From contig NC_068984.1 of assembly GCF_001194135.2 (NCBI RefSeq), positions 31,973,953 through 32,037,952 on the forward strand: DNA of 64,000 bases, given 5' to 3'. The notes under the pieces are model-generated. The model ran no database searches and had not been told where the DNA came from. It saw nothing but the letters and a program-made list of their open reading frames with translations. The stretch comes from Octopus bimaculoides. Its lineage: Eukaryota. Each line of letters starts with the position of its first letter. The first letter of the stretch is position 1. Positions 1 through 14,229 of the stretch are shown piece by piece. The position numbers were made by a program, and so were the translations under genes.

Positions 1-432
1 AATTCTATTTTACATCTTATTTCATGACTTATTCATATTTTATAATTTTGTTTGTATCACACACACACACACACACACACACATTGTTTCTTTTATTTCA
101 CTTATTTTACATTACAAGTATTAAATATATATAATTTCATAATGATTACAGCTCTTAATATAATTTATCTCCTTTGCGTCTAAATTTTTTGATATATACG
201 GATATAATACATAATGAAAGCTCTAATAACACTTGAGAAAAGTTGAGTTCTCTACCTCTTTGGTTTTTGTGTTCGTTACCAAAGCTTCCATTATCTTAAA
301 GATGTTGAAGTACACATAGATAATCAATTTGCATATACAATACCGGTGAAACAGTGCATTAATGGAAGCATAACTATCCATTCAGACACACACACACACC
401 CACACACACACANNNNNNNNNNCACACACACA

Positions 433-471
<39 letters not shown>

Positions 472-558
472 CAGCTCACTTAAATGTATACTTGCAAAAA
501 TATATACCTGTTCCCATTTACAAGTGTAATACATGTACACATACATATAAACAAACAA

Positions 559-599
<41 letters not shown>

Positions 600-1044
600 A
601 ATATATTTATATATATAATTTTATGCAAGAGTGTTGTTAAGTTTTGGGTAACTAAGCCATCAACGATGGCTAAGCTTCACAACCATGAGTTTTGGGATTC
701 GATCCCACTGCATGAAAAGTCGGAGAGATGTTGTTAATGGCAGCCTTTCAGTCAATCCAAACATAGTGAATGAAAAAGTAGAAACAGAAACTGTCGAAAA
801 CTTCGTTTTTGTATCTGCTTTATTGACTATATCTGCATTCAAAGATTAGCTTCGTCACACTTTCACACTGATTCTACTTGAGAATTATGTTAAGGATTAT
901 GTTTCAAAGCAATGTAATACTTAGTCACTTTGTCCCGCTATTTCCTGAGTATGTCTCCAATGAACAACTGGACACTCATATACACACACACATACATACA
1001 TACATACATACATACATACATACATACACACATACACACACACA

Positions 1045-1078
<34 letters not shown>

Positions 1079-1131
1079 TAAATATTAATCTTTCTAAGTG
1101 TCTCTAAACGAGACTACGGCAGCGGTACTGG

Positions 1132-1278
1132 ATATTAATAGTTATCACCAAGCTAAAAAATAGGACGAATGCTGCCGTTGATTAGCCACAAGAGGCCATC
1201 GCCTCTTCGGGCTAATCAACGGCAGCACTCGTCCTATTTTGGGGACTGCCATGTTGGCTTGGCGACAACTATTAATAT
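1132..1278. repeat. Nested fold-back palindrome, MITE-like (147 bp)
   Basis: Outer arms 1132-1153 and 1257-1278 match at 20/22 as an inverted repeat. Inner arms 1157-1196 and 1201-1240 match at 37/40 around a 4-nt loop (catc). Confidence 0.85.
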
Positions 1279-2005
1279 ATATATATATATATATANNNNN
1301 NNNNNNNNNNNNNNNNNNNNNNNNNNNNNNNNNNNNNNNNNNNNNNNNNNNNNNNNNNNNNNNNNNNNNNNNNNNNNNNNNNNNNNNNNNNNNNNNNNNN
1401 NNNNNNNNNNNNNNNNNNNNNNNNNNNNNNNNNNNNNNNNNNNNNNNNNNNNNNNNNNNNNNNNNNNNNNNNNNNNNNNNNNNNNNNNNNNNNNNNNNNN
1501 NNNNNNNNNNNNNNNNNNNNNNNNNNNNNNNNNNNNNNNNNNNNNNNNNNNNNNNNNNNNNNNNNNNNNNNNNNNNNNNNNNNNNNNNNNNNNNNNNNNN
1601 NNNNNNNNNNNNNNNNNNNNNNNNNNNNNNNNNNNNNNNNNNNNNNNNNNNNNNNNNNNNNNNNNNNNNNNNNNNNNNNNNNNNNNNNNNNNNNNNNNNN
1701 NNNNNNNNNNNNNNNNNNNNNNNNNNNNNNNNNNNNNNNNNNNNNNNNNNNNNNNNNNNNNNNNNNNNNNNNNNNNNNNNNNNNNNNNNNNNNNNNNNNN
1801 NNNNNNNNNNNNNNNNNNNNNNNNNNNNNNNNNNNNNNNNNNNNNNNNNNNNNNNNNNNNNNNNNNNNNNNNNNNNNNNNNNNNNNNNNNNNNNNNNNNN
1901 NNNNNNNNNNNNNNNNNNNNNNNNNNNNNNNNNNNNNNNNNNNNNNNNNNNNNNNNNNNNNNNNNNNNNNNNNNNNNNNNNNNNNNNNNNNNNNNNNNNN
2001 NNNNN

Positions 2006-2039
<34 letters not shown>

Positions 2040-2043
<4 letters not shown>

Positions 2044-2222
2044 CTGAACCGGATGGTGCATTGTGTTCTTGAGCAAAACACTTCATTGCACGTTTGCCCC
2101 AGTTCACTTGGCTGGCAAAATGAATAATCTTGGGTCGGGCCAGCATCCCATCCAGTGAAGAATATATATGCCACGGAAATCGGGAAACTGAGCTTTATGA
2201 GTCCATAGGGATCAACAAGGAT
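2040..2222 (+). mobile_element. Partial tRNA-derived SINE (same family as 31405-31745)
   Basis: Shares ttgtgttcttgagcaa-acact...cagttcact with the full copy at 31.5 kb; the 5' head is lost at the gap. Confidence 0.6.
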
Positions 2223-5200
2223 GCTTTATCCTTCATCCTTATATGTGTGTATGTATGTGTGTGCATGCTTATGTATGAGCGCATGCACACTTGGGCAGCT
2301 ATGTATCTTCAATCATTTATAAAGCCATCCTGGTTTTTAAAATTATTATATTCTTTATTACAGTAAACTACTATAGAGGCTTGTGTCTGTGTATTTAAGT
2401 ATGCATACATATATGTATGTGTGTATGTATGCATGTATATTATACTTGTGCATGGAGTTGTATTGTCTGTGTATGTGTGTGTGTATTCATAAAGAAATAT
2501 ATGTATCTACACACAGACATACATATGCAGATACCTATTTATTCATAAACGCATATGCACATCATATTGATACGTTTTAGAAATATGTTTTAAAGAGAAC
2601 TGGGAACGTTTTCTCCTAAACGAATCGTTTTTATGGTTTGAATTAATATCTCTGAAGGGACATTTTTTATTTCACTAGAATATATTAATTTCAAACTGTT
2701 TCAAAATGAATTTATATGGTTTGGAAATTCGTAAATTCAGTAAAAAATGTATTTCGGAATTTGCCATGTCTACATGTGCCACTACAAAATATGTAAAAAG
2801 CAACATTTTCTGCATTATCACAGTCTTCTAATACAGACGGATTATCTGCATATTGAACCAAATTCTTGAATCTCCAAGGAACTTTATATATGCTAGAAGA
2901 GTTTAATAAATTCAGTTGCCTTAAGGTTTGTAAAATCTAACTTTTCGGCCCTTTTTGTCTTGTCTGAATGTGCAGAAGATATACAGAGAGAGGGGAGGGT
3001 GGAAGTGGTGTTGATGTATATGTATATGGATCCTATATATTTGCCTTTAGCAGAAGGAACAACACTTTTCATAATCAAACAAAGCGCAAGGAAAAAGCAT
3101 TAGATTCTATATTTCCCACGGCAATTTTATTTATTGAATTCTCTTATTTGTTTAATTGTTACTGATGCAGACCATCTCCAATTTCTAAGGATTTTTTCAA
3201 TTGTACTCCATTACATGTAGCAACAACATCTTCCTAAACATCTATAGATTCTTGTTTCATATTTAATATGCAAGACCTCAATATTTGGAAAGATTGCTTG
3301 GCTAGTTAGAAATAACAGCAAAAATATTTCAAATCATATCTTCAGAAAAGGAAGAATCCATTGCATAATGTAATTCTAGATATACAATGCTTTTGATTAT
3401 AAGTTTGCTCAAAATTTACTAAGAACTAAACATCATAATGATACAATAAAAAAGAGAGGCTTGTGATGAAAGTCAAAATTCTTATCAAACAGTGCAGTTC
3501 AACTCTAACAGATTTATCATTAACTGGTGTATTTAAATGATTTCTGGTGATTTATGCAGGCCTTAAGTATGAAGTGAATAATAAAAAAAATTAGACATCT
3601 CCGAGATAAAAACTTCATTTCACTATAAGTTAATGAACCAACAGTTAATTCCATAGCAGTGGATTATATCATTCACTCATATTACCTACTTAGAAATAAT
3701 CAGTCCGTGGAAGCTGTTTATATATGGTAATTTGAGCTGCTACAAATAGTAGCAAAATGTATCTTACCTCATATTTCACATCTTAAAAAATTTCAAGCAA
3801 TTTCATTAGAAACACGATGCTGAAAATAAACTGGGATGGTCACAGCAGAGTATCCTCACCCACAGATCTAAACTAGAGCTGGAGAAGATTAACTTAAACC
3901 TATTGGTCTCAGTCATTGAGATTTAAGTATTTTGGTATTGCATTCAAACTTTCAACTTATTAATTGTTATCTGCTGAAATAAACATAAAGAACTCAAGGT
4001 TATCTCTATCTGCATATCAAGGGAGCTGGTTGTGGAGGCTGCTTCTAAGAGGCTACATTCACCAGTTCTTTATAGGTTGATGATCCCTCGAGCCCCTCTT
4101 CTTTTGATGGTGCATAGAAGATCTATGTATAAGGAATGTCTTTAACCTTTAAAATCTGGAAAGGCTTATTTCTTTCCAAGTGTGAATGCTGCAGAGATTT
4201 TTCAGAAAGAAAAAGAAAGAAAAGACATGACTTCAACACTGAGTTAATACTTTATTTACTGACTTCTAAAGAGCGAATGGCAAAGTTGCTATCGCCATGT
4301 CTCAGTATGCAGAGAGGTCAAGATTATGACAGTTAGGTATTTTATGTAATGCTCTTATTACTCTTCTAAACAACTACATTTCTGCCAGTTCTCCAGTAAT
4401 GATATTTGTAGAAAAAGAAGCTGCAGTTATGGAGGAAACGTATTGAGTATTTGCAGTATTTGGAAGGAGATAAATAATAGGCTTGACAATTGGATGTTAG
4501 GTGGTTGCATCAGGATGGTGTGGGTCGTTGGGGTATGCCTGTTTCGTGGAGTAGTAACCATCGTTGTAGTGATAAAAGAAATAGAGACAAACATATATAT
4601 AAGTTAATAGCAACAGCATCTTTAGTGAGTGAGTCGGCTAATCATCCACGGGGCCTTTTTAATGCAGTCAAATATGTTCGTATGTGTAATAACATCACAA
4701 TCAGATATATAAGTAATTGGTGTTCTTAACGACTGATTAGCCCTTATTGAGTAGATATATGACAAAAAAGGCATTACAATCCCATCTTTATGCACTGCAT
4801 ATGCAGTGAATTCCTAGATATTCGTTTTAAGATGGTAAGACATGATTTAAAAGAGATTTAGCTGCACTTACTAAAGGTAAAAAAATCGCATACAACAGTC
4901 AACAGAAGCACTCATACATTGTCGACAGAATTTGTTCCTTCACAAAGCACCTTCAATCGGCACTTCCATAAATACAGCCTTTTGAGAAAACACTGTTGTG
5001 AAGTTTCTCATCAACTGACCAATGATCAGGCTCAACTTTTGTCTGAATTTGATACCTGTGTGTGGATTACATTAGATATGATTACAGATAATGAGACCCA
5101 GTAATTATGACATGGGGGATTCGGCAGTTTCTTATCTTCATTATGCAAAGTGAGATTATAGTATAAAACTGTTTCCTTGATATGGGCCTTGATAATATTT

Positions 5201-6366
5201 CGGTGTTGCTGAATAATGTTGTTGAAAGATGCTGCTATTGATATGCAACCTTGATCTGCTTTGGTTATGCAACTCTATGCCTTGTAAGAAGTCAATGGAC
5301 CAGCCAGTGATAAAACATATACTCATCTACTGTTCAAAATTTACCATGCTAGATATCATCTTTTTGAGAAGTGCATTGGTAACTCTGAAAATCAATGGTT
5401 TCTTACAAATTGTGCTTCTTTGGAGCTATTCCATTCGCTACACTTTCCATTTATTCTTGTGTACCTGTTCGATAGTTGGAAACAAGAAAGGGAAATTCAT
5501 TGTAAATGTTATAGTGTGCCTAACATTACAGTAATTAGCACCAATCTGGATGTTAATTATACTGTTGTTTTTCTGGAGACGTATATCTCTGTTTCTACTG
5601 ATTGAGGAGAGACAGTGTATTTTTAGCATCGCCTAAAGGCAGATATGTTTGCTCAAAAGTTAGAGGGCTTGCCTGAGTTAGAGCTTGTAGTGGTAAAAAT
5701 CATAACCCTTCACTTATATCACTAGTTTCTCAAATTAAGTATCTTTACTTCATTTTGTGATGTATGTGCTGGAGAAAATGGTAAGGAATAGGCTATCGTA
5801 TTTTTTTATAGATTGTTTGGATTTGCTATAAATAAAAGCAGGAGCACTGGTAAATTTAAGGATAAATCTGTCACGAAGTAGCATAGTAAACATAGTCATC
5901 ATAGTTTTGGTGTGAGATTGTTTTGGATGAAACTAGTCTGTATGTGATGTAAACTGGAACGAAACCCGCAGACATTTTAAAGCATATTTATTTAAGAAAA
6001 GGCTGTGCATTATGTTTATGGATTTTTAGATACTCACTGTAGGGAGACTTAGCGTATAGGGATTGACTTACACGATGTCTAAATTCTTCAGTCATTTGGA
6101 GACAGGAACGAAATGTGCTTGAATGAAAATCGAGATGTGAATTTATCCGATTCTATTCACATCTGGATTGCCTTGAGCAAGAGTGAAATAATGTGTCTTT
6201 AACTATGATTATGCAGCCATTGGTTTTCACGGAGTGAGAGATAGGGAAATATCAGTCCGCCAAATCTTGCTAAGATTTACAAGTTATTCATAAGAAATTA
6301 AAAAAAGGGGATCGAAGAAGCCGATTTCTGTTAAAACCACAGGGGGAACAAATTCACCACGACAAC

Positions 6367-6368
6367 TC

Positions 6369-6422
<54 letters not shown>

Positions 6423-6445
6423 TTGTTGTTATTATTATTACTGCT
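6367..6445. repeat. (CTA)n/(TTA)n microsatellite
   Basis: Direct reading of the trinucleotide run. Confidence 0.95.
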
Positions 6446-7499
6446 GCTGGTTATTCGACGGCTACAATCACTCCTAGAAAACAAGTCTTGACCACTATTT
6501 AATTTACTATCGCAGCGAGTTGAAATTACCTTGCCTTCAGAACAGGACGAAATGACCACGTGCGCATGCAAGAAATAACAGTAAACTATGAACGTCATTC
6601 TTAATTTTAATTTCAATTTTATTCTATTAATAGCCCTCTTCTTTTCTCACATACTTTATACTAATTTTTGATAAGGTCTTTCAAAAAAAAAAACGAAACA
6701 TGTAATGTAAATTAATTAAAACACNNNNNNNNNNNNNNNNNNNNNNNNNNNNNNNNNNNNNNNNNNNNNNNNNNNNNNNNNNNNNNNNNNNNNNNNNNNN
6801 NNNNNNNNNNNNNNNNNNNNNNNNNNNNNNNNNNNNNNNNNNNNNNNNNNNNNNNNNNNNNNNNNNNNNNNNNNNNNNNNNNNNNNNNNNNNNNNNNNNN
6901 NNNNNNNNNNNNNNNNNNNNNNNNNNNNNNNNNNNNNNNACACACACACACACATGAAAAATGTCTTATTAAGAAAACAAGAAATCAAGGGTGCTACTCT
7001 AGGATGATCCACCAATGCTGTGTTGAGCACTCATTCTCGTTATTCGGCATGTACATAGATGTGTGCGCGTGCGTGTGTGTGTGTGCATGTGTGTGTGTGT
7101 GTGCATGTGTGTGTGTGTGTGCATGTGTGTGTGTACATTCAGTAATCAGTTTTTGATCTTTTGTTGTTTAATCTAAGATTCAGATCAAACTTGATCAAGC
7201 CGGCCTGATTAAAGGCATTCTAATAATGACCATGTTAACTTTTTAGGTGTAGTTTGGACTAATACTATATTATGTATGTTAAGAAAAAAACCATAGCTTA
7301 ATGGCATATGAGAAGTCATCTGACTGCTATTTCCAGAATATAGAGAAACTGCTTAAACACTTCTTCAATGACTTCAAATATTTTCTGTTGAAAGTAATGG
7401 TGATGTGACAGAGGGTAATATTGATGTAATAACGGTCAGATTCATGATACTGGTTGTCTTGGTGTTATAGTTATTAACTGTTTTTTGATACTTCTATAC

Positions 7500-7588
7500 A
7501 TGACAATGATGGTGGCGACGGTGATGATGTTGATAATATAATGATAGTAGTGATGCTGGCGGTGGTGGATGTGTTGCTGTTGTTGTTG

Positions 7589-7620
<32 letters not shown>

Positions 7621-7700
7621 GGTGGTGATGGTGGTGGTGGTGGTGACGATGTTTATGATTATCCTGATCATGGTAGCAGTGATAATGATGATGCCTAGGA
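7500..7700. repeat. Compound (GGT/GTT/GAT)n microsatellite
   Basis: Direct reading; it explains the poly-V/L/T/N pseudo-ORFs in the track. Confidence 0.9.
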
Positions 7701-8039
7701 CGATGTTATTACTCTTTATGCCTCTAATAATATTGGCGATCAGCAGGAGAACAGGATGAGAGAGAAAGAGGGGTGGGAAAGAAAGAAAGAAAAAGAGAAA
7801 GAAAGAAATAAAGAAAGAGAGAGAGAAGGCGTTTCTATCACGTGTGTATATGTGTGCATGTAATAGAGAAAGAAGACTGAAGATGTCTGACTTATTATGA
7901 GCAAATTTCGTGCTGCTGCACCTCTAATACAAAAACAAGATTCCCGTATGATACATTCTTGAGAAGACAGCATAAAGAATGGTTTTGCCTTCTTCAAGAA
8001 CACTGACAGCTTATATCCCCTCGTAAGTGACATATTCAA

Positions 8040-9480
8040 ATATACGTCCTACTGATTAGAGCGGAATAAATGACTTCCAGATTCAATTGAAACGATAGAA
8101 TTTCCTGGCAATCGAAGCAAAAGTGTCTATATCTCAAGGCCTTTCTGTCTCTTTTAGGATTCTTTATTCGCTGCCATATTGCTTTGGCAGTAATCAATTG
8201 TCTTTTTTCTTTTCTTTTTCTTTTCACTGAAGAAGTTGCTCTGGAGATTCTAAAATGATTGTTTGTCTCATGAGTATATTGAAACAACTGGTAAATTCCC
8301 AACAGTACTGCAATGCCGAGGTATCAAATTATTTCTTCCTCAATCTAATCTAGTCGATCCCAATAAATAACAAAAGACGGAATTGTTTAGAAATTATGCG
8401 CTCCTTCATGGTTTTACAAAGCAATTATAATAAGTTGTATTTGTAATTGAAGAAAGGAAACTTTGGAAATCGGTAACAAGCTGAACATTAAATCTCATTG
8501 TGACAACTAAACAAGTTTCTTGTTAATGGATATATTCTCATAATTGTTCTCATACATAATGCTACTTAGCTGTTATTTTCTTAATTTCTGGAATCTTTAG
8601 ATAATTTACTATTTTCTTATTTTGAAGAAGATACTAAAGATATAATCTCATAAGTGCTGAGTGTAGAGTCAGGCAATTTTGATCAATCTATGACTCGTAA
8701 GTTGGGTTTCTAGAGTTCTTAAGCAGACATTATTTAGGTAGCCAACCAGTTCTATATCATTGGAGCAAAACTGTGTACAGACACATATATGTATGGTGTT
8801 AGTCGAAAATAATGTCATCTACTATCGTTTTACCTCGTGCATTTGGTTTAACAGATATATTTTCTATTATTATTATTGTGAATCACAGTAATAATGTAAG
8901 TTCCTGTAAGACTAAAGCAAAATGAGATACACTTCTGTCACATAGATTTTACATCAAAACCTGACCCATGGGTAGAGTCTCCTCTTTTGTACATCTTCGG
9001 AATAGGCCACCAGTTTGAAGACATCCCAATATCTTTTTGCATTTCTTTCTACCAAAGCAATATTCAGCTCTTTTATTTCTTTTATCTTTTCACTTCACTG
9101 TAAATATGCCATGTCCTCCCATTGAGTATACATAAAACTACCTGGAGATATACTAAGCAAAACTCACTGTTCAACCATTGGTCCCATTAGATTGTAAGAT
9201 CTGAAATTTTCACTGACGCAACGAAGACCAACTGACATGTCACTGTATTGTCACTGAAAGCTTATCATCATTAGCTGCATCCCAAAGGCCTTGTTTTCGG
9301 ATGGAAATTGGAAAAGGTGTCACATGACATTATGTTTAACACCTTCTTAATTCTGCTAGTCTTAAAGTAAGATCAAGTCTGTCGTCATATTGAGAAAGAT
9401 TCTGAAGAATGCAATAGCTCAATAAGCCAAGCATATGTGAGATTCGTTGAAGGCTGGAAAAACAGTCTTTTAGAATTATA
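8040..9480 (-). mobile_element. Possible highly degenerate LINE RT remnant
   Basis: Minus-strand fragments such as KLVAYSEDV (cf. LAYADD) and TYMCL (cf. YKYLG) occur in the expected order; many stops. Confidence 0.3.
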
Positions 9481-10114
9481 TTGCATTTTTTGTATACATG
9501 TTTGCGTGAGTTTATATTAACGTTTATTTTTTTTTCAAAGCCTACGCAATAGATCAGAGGGCCTACAAAATAAAACTGTGAAAGTTGCTTATATAGTGAT
9601 ATTTCAAAAGGATATTATTTTGATGTATTGTTCCTAATACACATTTCCTTGTGTAGCTCAACTGTTTGTTAGAATATGCAGGTGAGAACAATAAATGAGA
9701 CCCGTCAACAAATTGGACGGAGGAACAGTCTTGTGAGCAATTTTCTTAGAGGCTGCTTATCAGCTGACATATAAACCTGTATACTCTTCAGACTATTCAA
9801 GATTCATCCCTTTTTAGATGGTCTATTTATAAGGATTAAAACTGCTTATAGCAGCAGCTCTTGTGTCATGTTTTCCTCTTCCCTTTTGACAACCCCAAAC
9901 AATTTCATATATGATCAACGAAACAAAGTTAGGTGTATTTAAAATCTAACCAACAATTCTATACCTCTTATGTAAATATTCTTAGACTCAGTTCAAACTA
10001 ACCTCACTCAAACCTTCTTCTAACATGCAAACCCTATATTTTATTCCTCTCTGTGATATAAATCTCAGACTCTGCATCTCAAGATTCACTCTGACAGTTG
10101 TCTTAACACATATT

Positions 10115-10516
10115 TTATCTTTTACTTGTTTCAGTCATTAGATTGCACTAATGCTGGGGCTTAGCTTTGAAGAATTTTAGTCAAATGAATCGATCCATAT
10201 ACATTCAAATAAGCCTGGTTCTCATTCTATCAATTTATTATGCTGAACCGCTAAGTTACAGGATGTAAACACACCAACACCGGTTATCAAGCAGTGGGTT
10301 ATGACAAACACAGACTCAGATACACACACATACACATATATGTATATATATATATATATTTACATATACAACAGGTTTCTTTCAGTCTCCGTCAACGAAA
10401 TCCAATTTCATCGGCCCAAGACTATAGTAGAAAACACTTGCCCAGAGTGCCACTCAGTGGGACTGTACCCGAAACTATGTGGTTGGGAAGCAAGCTTGTT
10501 ACCACACAGCCACGTG
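10115..10516 (-). mobile_element. tRNA-derived SINE, family A, with internal (CA)/(TA) tract
   Basis: Reverse complement begins cgtggctgtgtggtaa (A-box-like head). Body and tail match copies at 20124 and 34983. Confidence 0.85.
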
Positions 10517-11819
10517 TGCGTCTATACACATTGAATATACCGTCCACTTTTATCAGGATTTCAGTCTGAAAACGACTTCCAAACACTTAAAATTTTCCAT
10601 CCCGACCTCTTTCGAAACTTCCCAAAATACTATCAGAAGCCATTGGTGCATAGCTATATGTTGTACAAGTGTATATTAAGGTCTCTTGAGAGTGTACCTG
10701 CATATTTTATAATTTAAGATTTTCTCTTGCAATACAATTGTTTTATTATATTCAATGTTTTATTATATTCAATTTATTTTTAACTAATATTTTAATACAA
10801 TTGATAAATTTAAATGAAATTAAAAATCAACATCATCATCATCATTTGCAAGTGGCTTACATGTTTTGATCTTTTGTGCGATTTCAAAAGCTTTCATGGA
10901 ATACATGCAAAGCTGATTGGATTGTTTTGCATGGAATAAGATTATAAAGTGGTAAATTTTCCGTTGCTAGTATTTTCCAAGTTTGAAGGAAAAAATATTA
11001 ATTTTCTCAATATTTTTCCTTCCCAGACAGACATTTCAAACTTTGCAACTAAGACATTTTATGCCCTCCAAACTTCCACAGAAAATGTAGACTGCATGTA
11101 AAGAAGATAACATAGTTAAGTACTTAAAAAAGAAGACAGGCAGAAATATCAATAGTAAATGCATGTCAGACCTTGGCCCACTAAAAAAGCATTAGCTAAA
11201 ATTTTAGAGAAGAAAACAGCAAACAATTCTCATCTCCATTTATTACCAGCAACAAGGAAAGTTTAAACGTGATTCAGTAAAGAAAAATAGAGTATGGCAC
11301 ATGTATGAAACCAAAACAAATGCTTCCTTACTCAACACATTTATTCAGAAGTGGGAGAAGAGTAATTTACTAATGTATTTCTTACGAAAAGAATGAGAGA
11401 GCTTAATCAAAATAATTAGGATAATCTGCTTATTGGAGAGATGAAACTAAGGCCAAATTCATTCAAAATATATTTTCCCCGTTGATGTTAGCAATGATAA
11501 TCTAAAAGTAACCTACTGAGGATGTGAGATGATAAACGAAACCAAGAGTCTGAAAATAGAGACAAGATGTGGAAGATTCTTTAAATCTACTCCCCCAATG
11601 CATCGTTAGAATGATTGGCAAAACTTCTGGGACAACTTTAGGTAGAGAAAATGATAATGTCTTGAGTACTGGCATTACAACGAAATGCATCCAGTGAAAC
11701 CATTCCCCAAAAAATGAATCATACGAGCAACGCCTGTTCTTCTGACCCGCATTGTAAGGCAGCAATTCTGAATAGTAATTGAATCAAGCTGTGGCACTCT
11801 AAGGTAGTGAAATCTTTTC

Positions 11820-12010
11820 TGCTACTGCTGCTAATGAGAATGACGACGACGACGATGACGACAATGATAATAACGATGATAATGGCGATAACAACAAAGC
11901 TGCTGCTGATGACTACAACGACGGTGATGCTGACGATGACGATAAGGAGGATGAGGAAGTTAATGATGACTACGACGATGATGACATCGCTAATGAGGAC
12001 GATGATGAGA
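11820..12010. repeat. Degenerate (GAC/GAT/AAT)n trinucleotide tract
   Basis: Direct reading. Confidence 0.85.
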
Positions 12011-13476
12011 TAAACATCCATGCCTGTTGTAATTTTTGTTTCTGATGAGAACGTCCTTTGATCTCGTCATTGTCTCCCTTATTTCTAAAGCAGAGCTGAA
12101 TTTTTTTCTTTAATTCCTGTTTTCTAGTCAAGGGTTAATATAAGATCAAGGGATTATAAAAGACGTTGATCAGGTCTCAATGTCCTGTCATGTCATTTAA
12201 CAATCTCAATTGTTTCCTCTTCATAATTTTCTTCTCCTTCGGTCTGTGGTTCTTGTTTGTGGCATTTCATGAGTTGAAAGCAAGTTTTCGTTTTGCTCAT
12301 ATTTTGTAGCTCTCTCCCTCTGTTAGGTTTAACCACTTTTGTTGCATGTTTTATGTATTTTCATTATCTCTTCTTCTTGAGGATCATATTTTATGCCTTA
12401 TATCTTGTTGGTTCCATAAATGCATGTCTGTTATGATCCAACGTTAATTTCACATGAGAAGTTATTTCCTCTCCGGATATAACTGCGTATTGTGTTTGTT
12501 TTATCTGAATAGATTGTAGTTGTAAAATATGCATGTAATACGGAAACGTATTCTCCTAATTTTTATTTATACTTTTCTATTTTTAGAAATATAAAGTAAT
12601 ATTTAGCCCTTTATTTAATGTGTCCTCATTTTCTTTTTTATTTCAATACTGAGATATATATTTCTAGTATTGCCTAATTTTATAATAACAATATTTAATA
12701 GTATACATTACGACTTTTTTGTTCGTGATATTGAGCCGAATGAAATGGTTTTCGTCTGATTTGTTTGTCGTTTATAATTTGGCAGTAAATTTATCTGATG
12801 TTGATTTGCCTTGTGATCTTTTGTGCACATACATGTAGTTCTTAACTAGTGATTATTGTAAAAATTTGCAATACATTAATTATTTTAACCATAATATATT
12901 ATGATTTATTACATACCTCACTTAGAACACCTGTATTACTTGCATTAGCAACCTTCAACATATTCTTTTTTTTTATATTCTTTAGTATTCTTGCGTTCAT
13001 GTTAAAGAATATTTTTAGAGTAGTTGAATAAGGATGTCTCTTGTGATTTAGCACAGTGATTCTAAATACAGTATGATATTATTTATTATCTGCTTCTACT
13101 TTCTCTCATCACCATCATCATCAAGTTATTATTATTAATATTATTATTATTATTATTATTTACTAATATTGATCATTATCAGTTATTTTTCCCTTTTCCT
13201 TTCTAACATTTGAAGACATGATGAAGCAGTAGTGTTAGATCTCAGTATGTTGAGCCTCATAGATCAGATAACACGTGATTGAAAAAAGTCGTGATTTAAT
13301 AAACCCACCTCAAATGATGATAATGATAATGACAATGAGTAATTTCTAATTAATTCTAGATGGATGTTGGTGTACATGAAGACGTAATCATCATCATCAT
13401 TGAAAGTTTATTAACATCATGTCTTATTAATCATAGAAGAAACTTTAGTATAAACTGAAAGAAAAACATATGCACA

Positions 13477-13512
<36 letters not shown>

Positions 13513-14229
13513 TGCGTGATTTCGGCAAAGTAAAAAGAAAAAAAAAGATGCTTGCAAAGTTGAACTACATCATTTTTTCAAAACTTTGATAAGAGATTGA
13601 GAAATATTAAATATTCGGGGATATAAATAGAAGTTTTAATGTCAATAAAATATTCATGATTCAAATTAAAGTCATATAACTGTCAGAAGAATTATCTTCA
13701 AGACATAAACAATGAGAACCACTAATAAAAAAGATTATAGGCAAGCAGAGTCAGAAGAGTGGTGTCGGCCCAAGCATGGCTATTTGAACAATATGTTTGA
13801 TATAAATATGGTTGAAGAGCATGATGGCTACAACGACAGTATCGCATAAAACGCTTATATGATGATAATATTGGTGGCAATACTGATACTTCTGATGATG
13901 ATGATGAAGAAGAAAATGATGAAGCTGATAATGAGGAAGATGTAGAGGGGAATCATCCATAAATATCATAAAATTGTTAATAAAAATAATGTAAAAATAA
14001 CTAATCTGAAAATTTATAGTTTCCATATCTTAAGGCAACAAAGTAACTAAGAGTCCATATCAACTCCCAAAATGCAGTTGTAGTAATAGCACATCTTATC
14101 TATTTAATGACAAATATGTATTGGCTCCTTTTACCATACAAAACAGATTTCAGTAAATTCAGGCATGCGATATATTGCGGCAAATATCATCTAGCATAAA
14201 AGCTGTTATATATGACCCTATCTCTCTAA

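Noticed and set aside
1145-2174. Long ORFs in the track (also 14265-16481, 21459-21964, 26733-27586, 43270-43985 and similar)
   Set aside because: They stay open only because they run through N-gaps and dinucleotide repeats.
4130-5700. Unique-looking block with faint RT-like words (VVFLETYISV)
   Set aside because: Motifs could not be placed convincingly in order; too weak to call.
7474-7759. Poly-V/T/N/M ORFs (also 11719-12021 and 51905-52111)
   Set aside because: They are translations of trinucleotide microsatellites.
12042-12075. CTGATGA followed by a possible stem
   Set aside because: No GAAA or stem III follows, so it is not a hammerhead.
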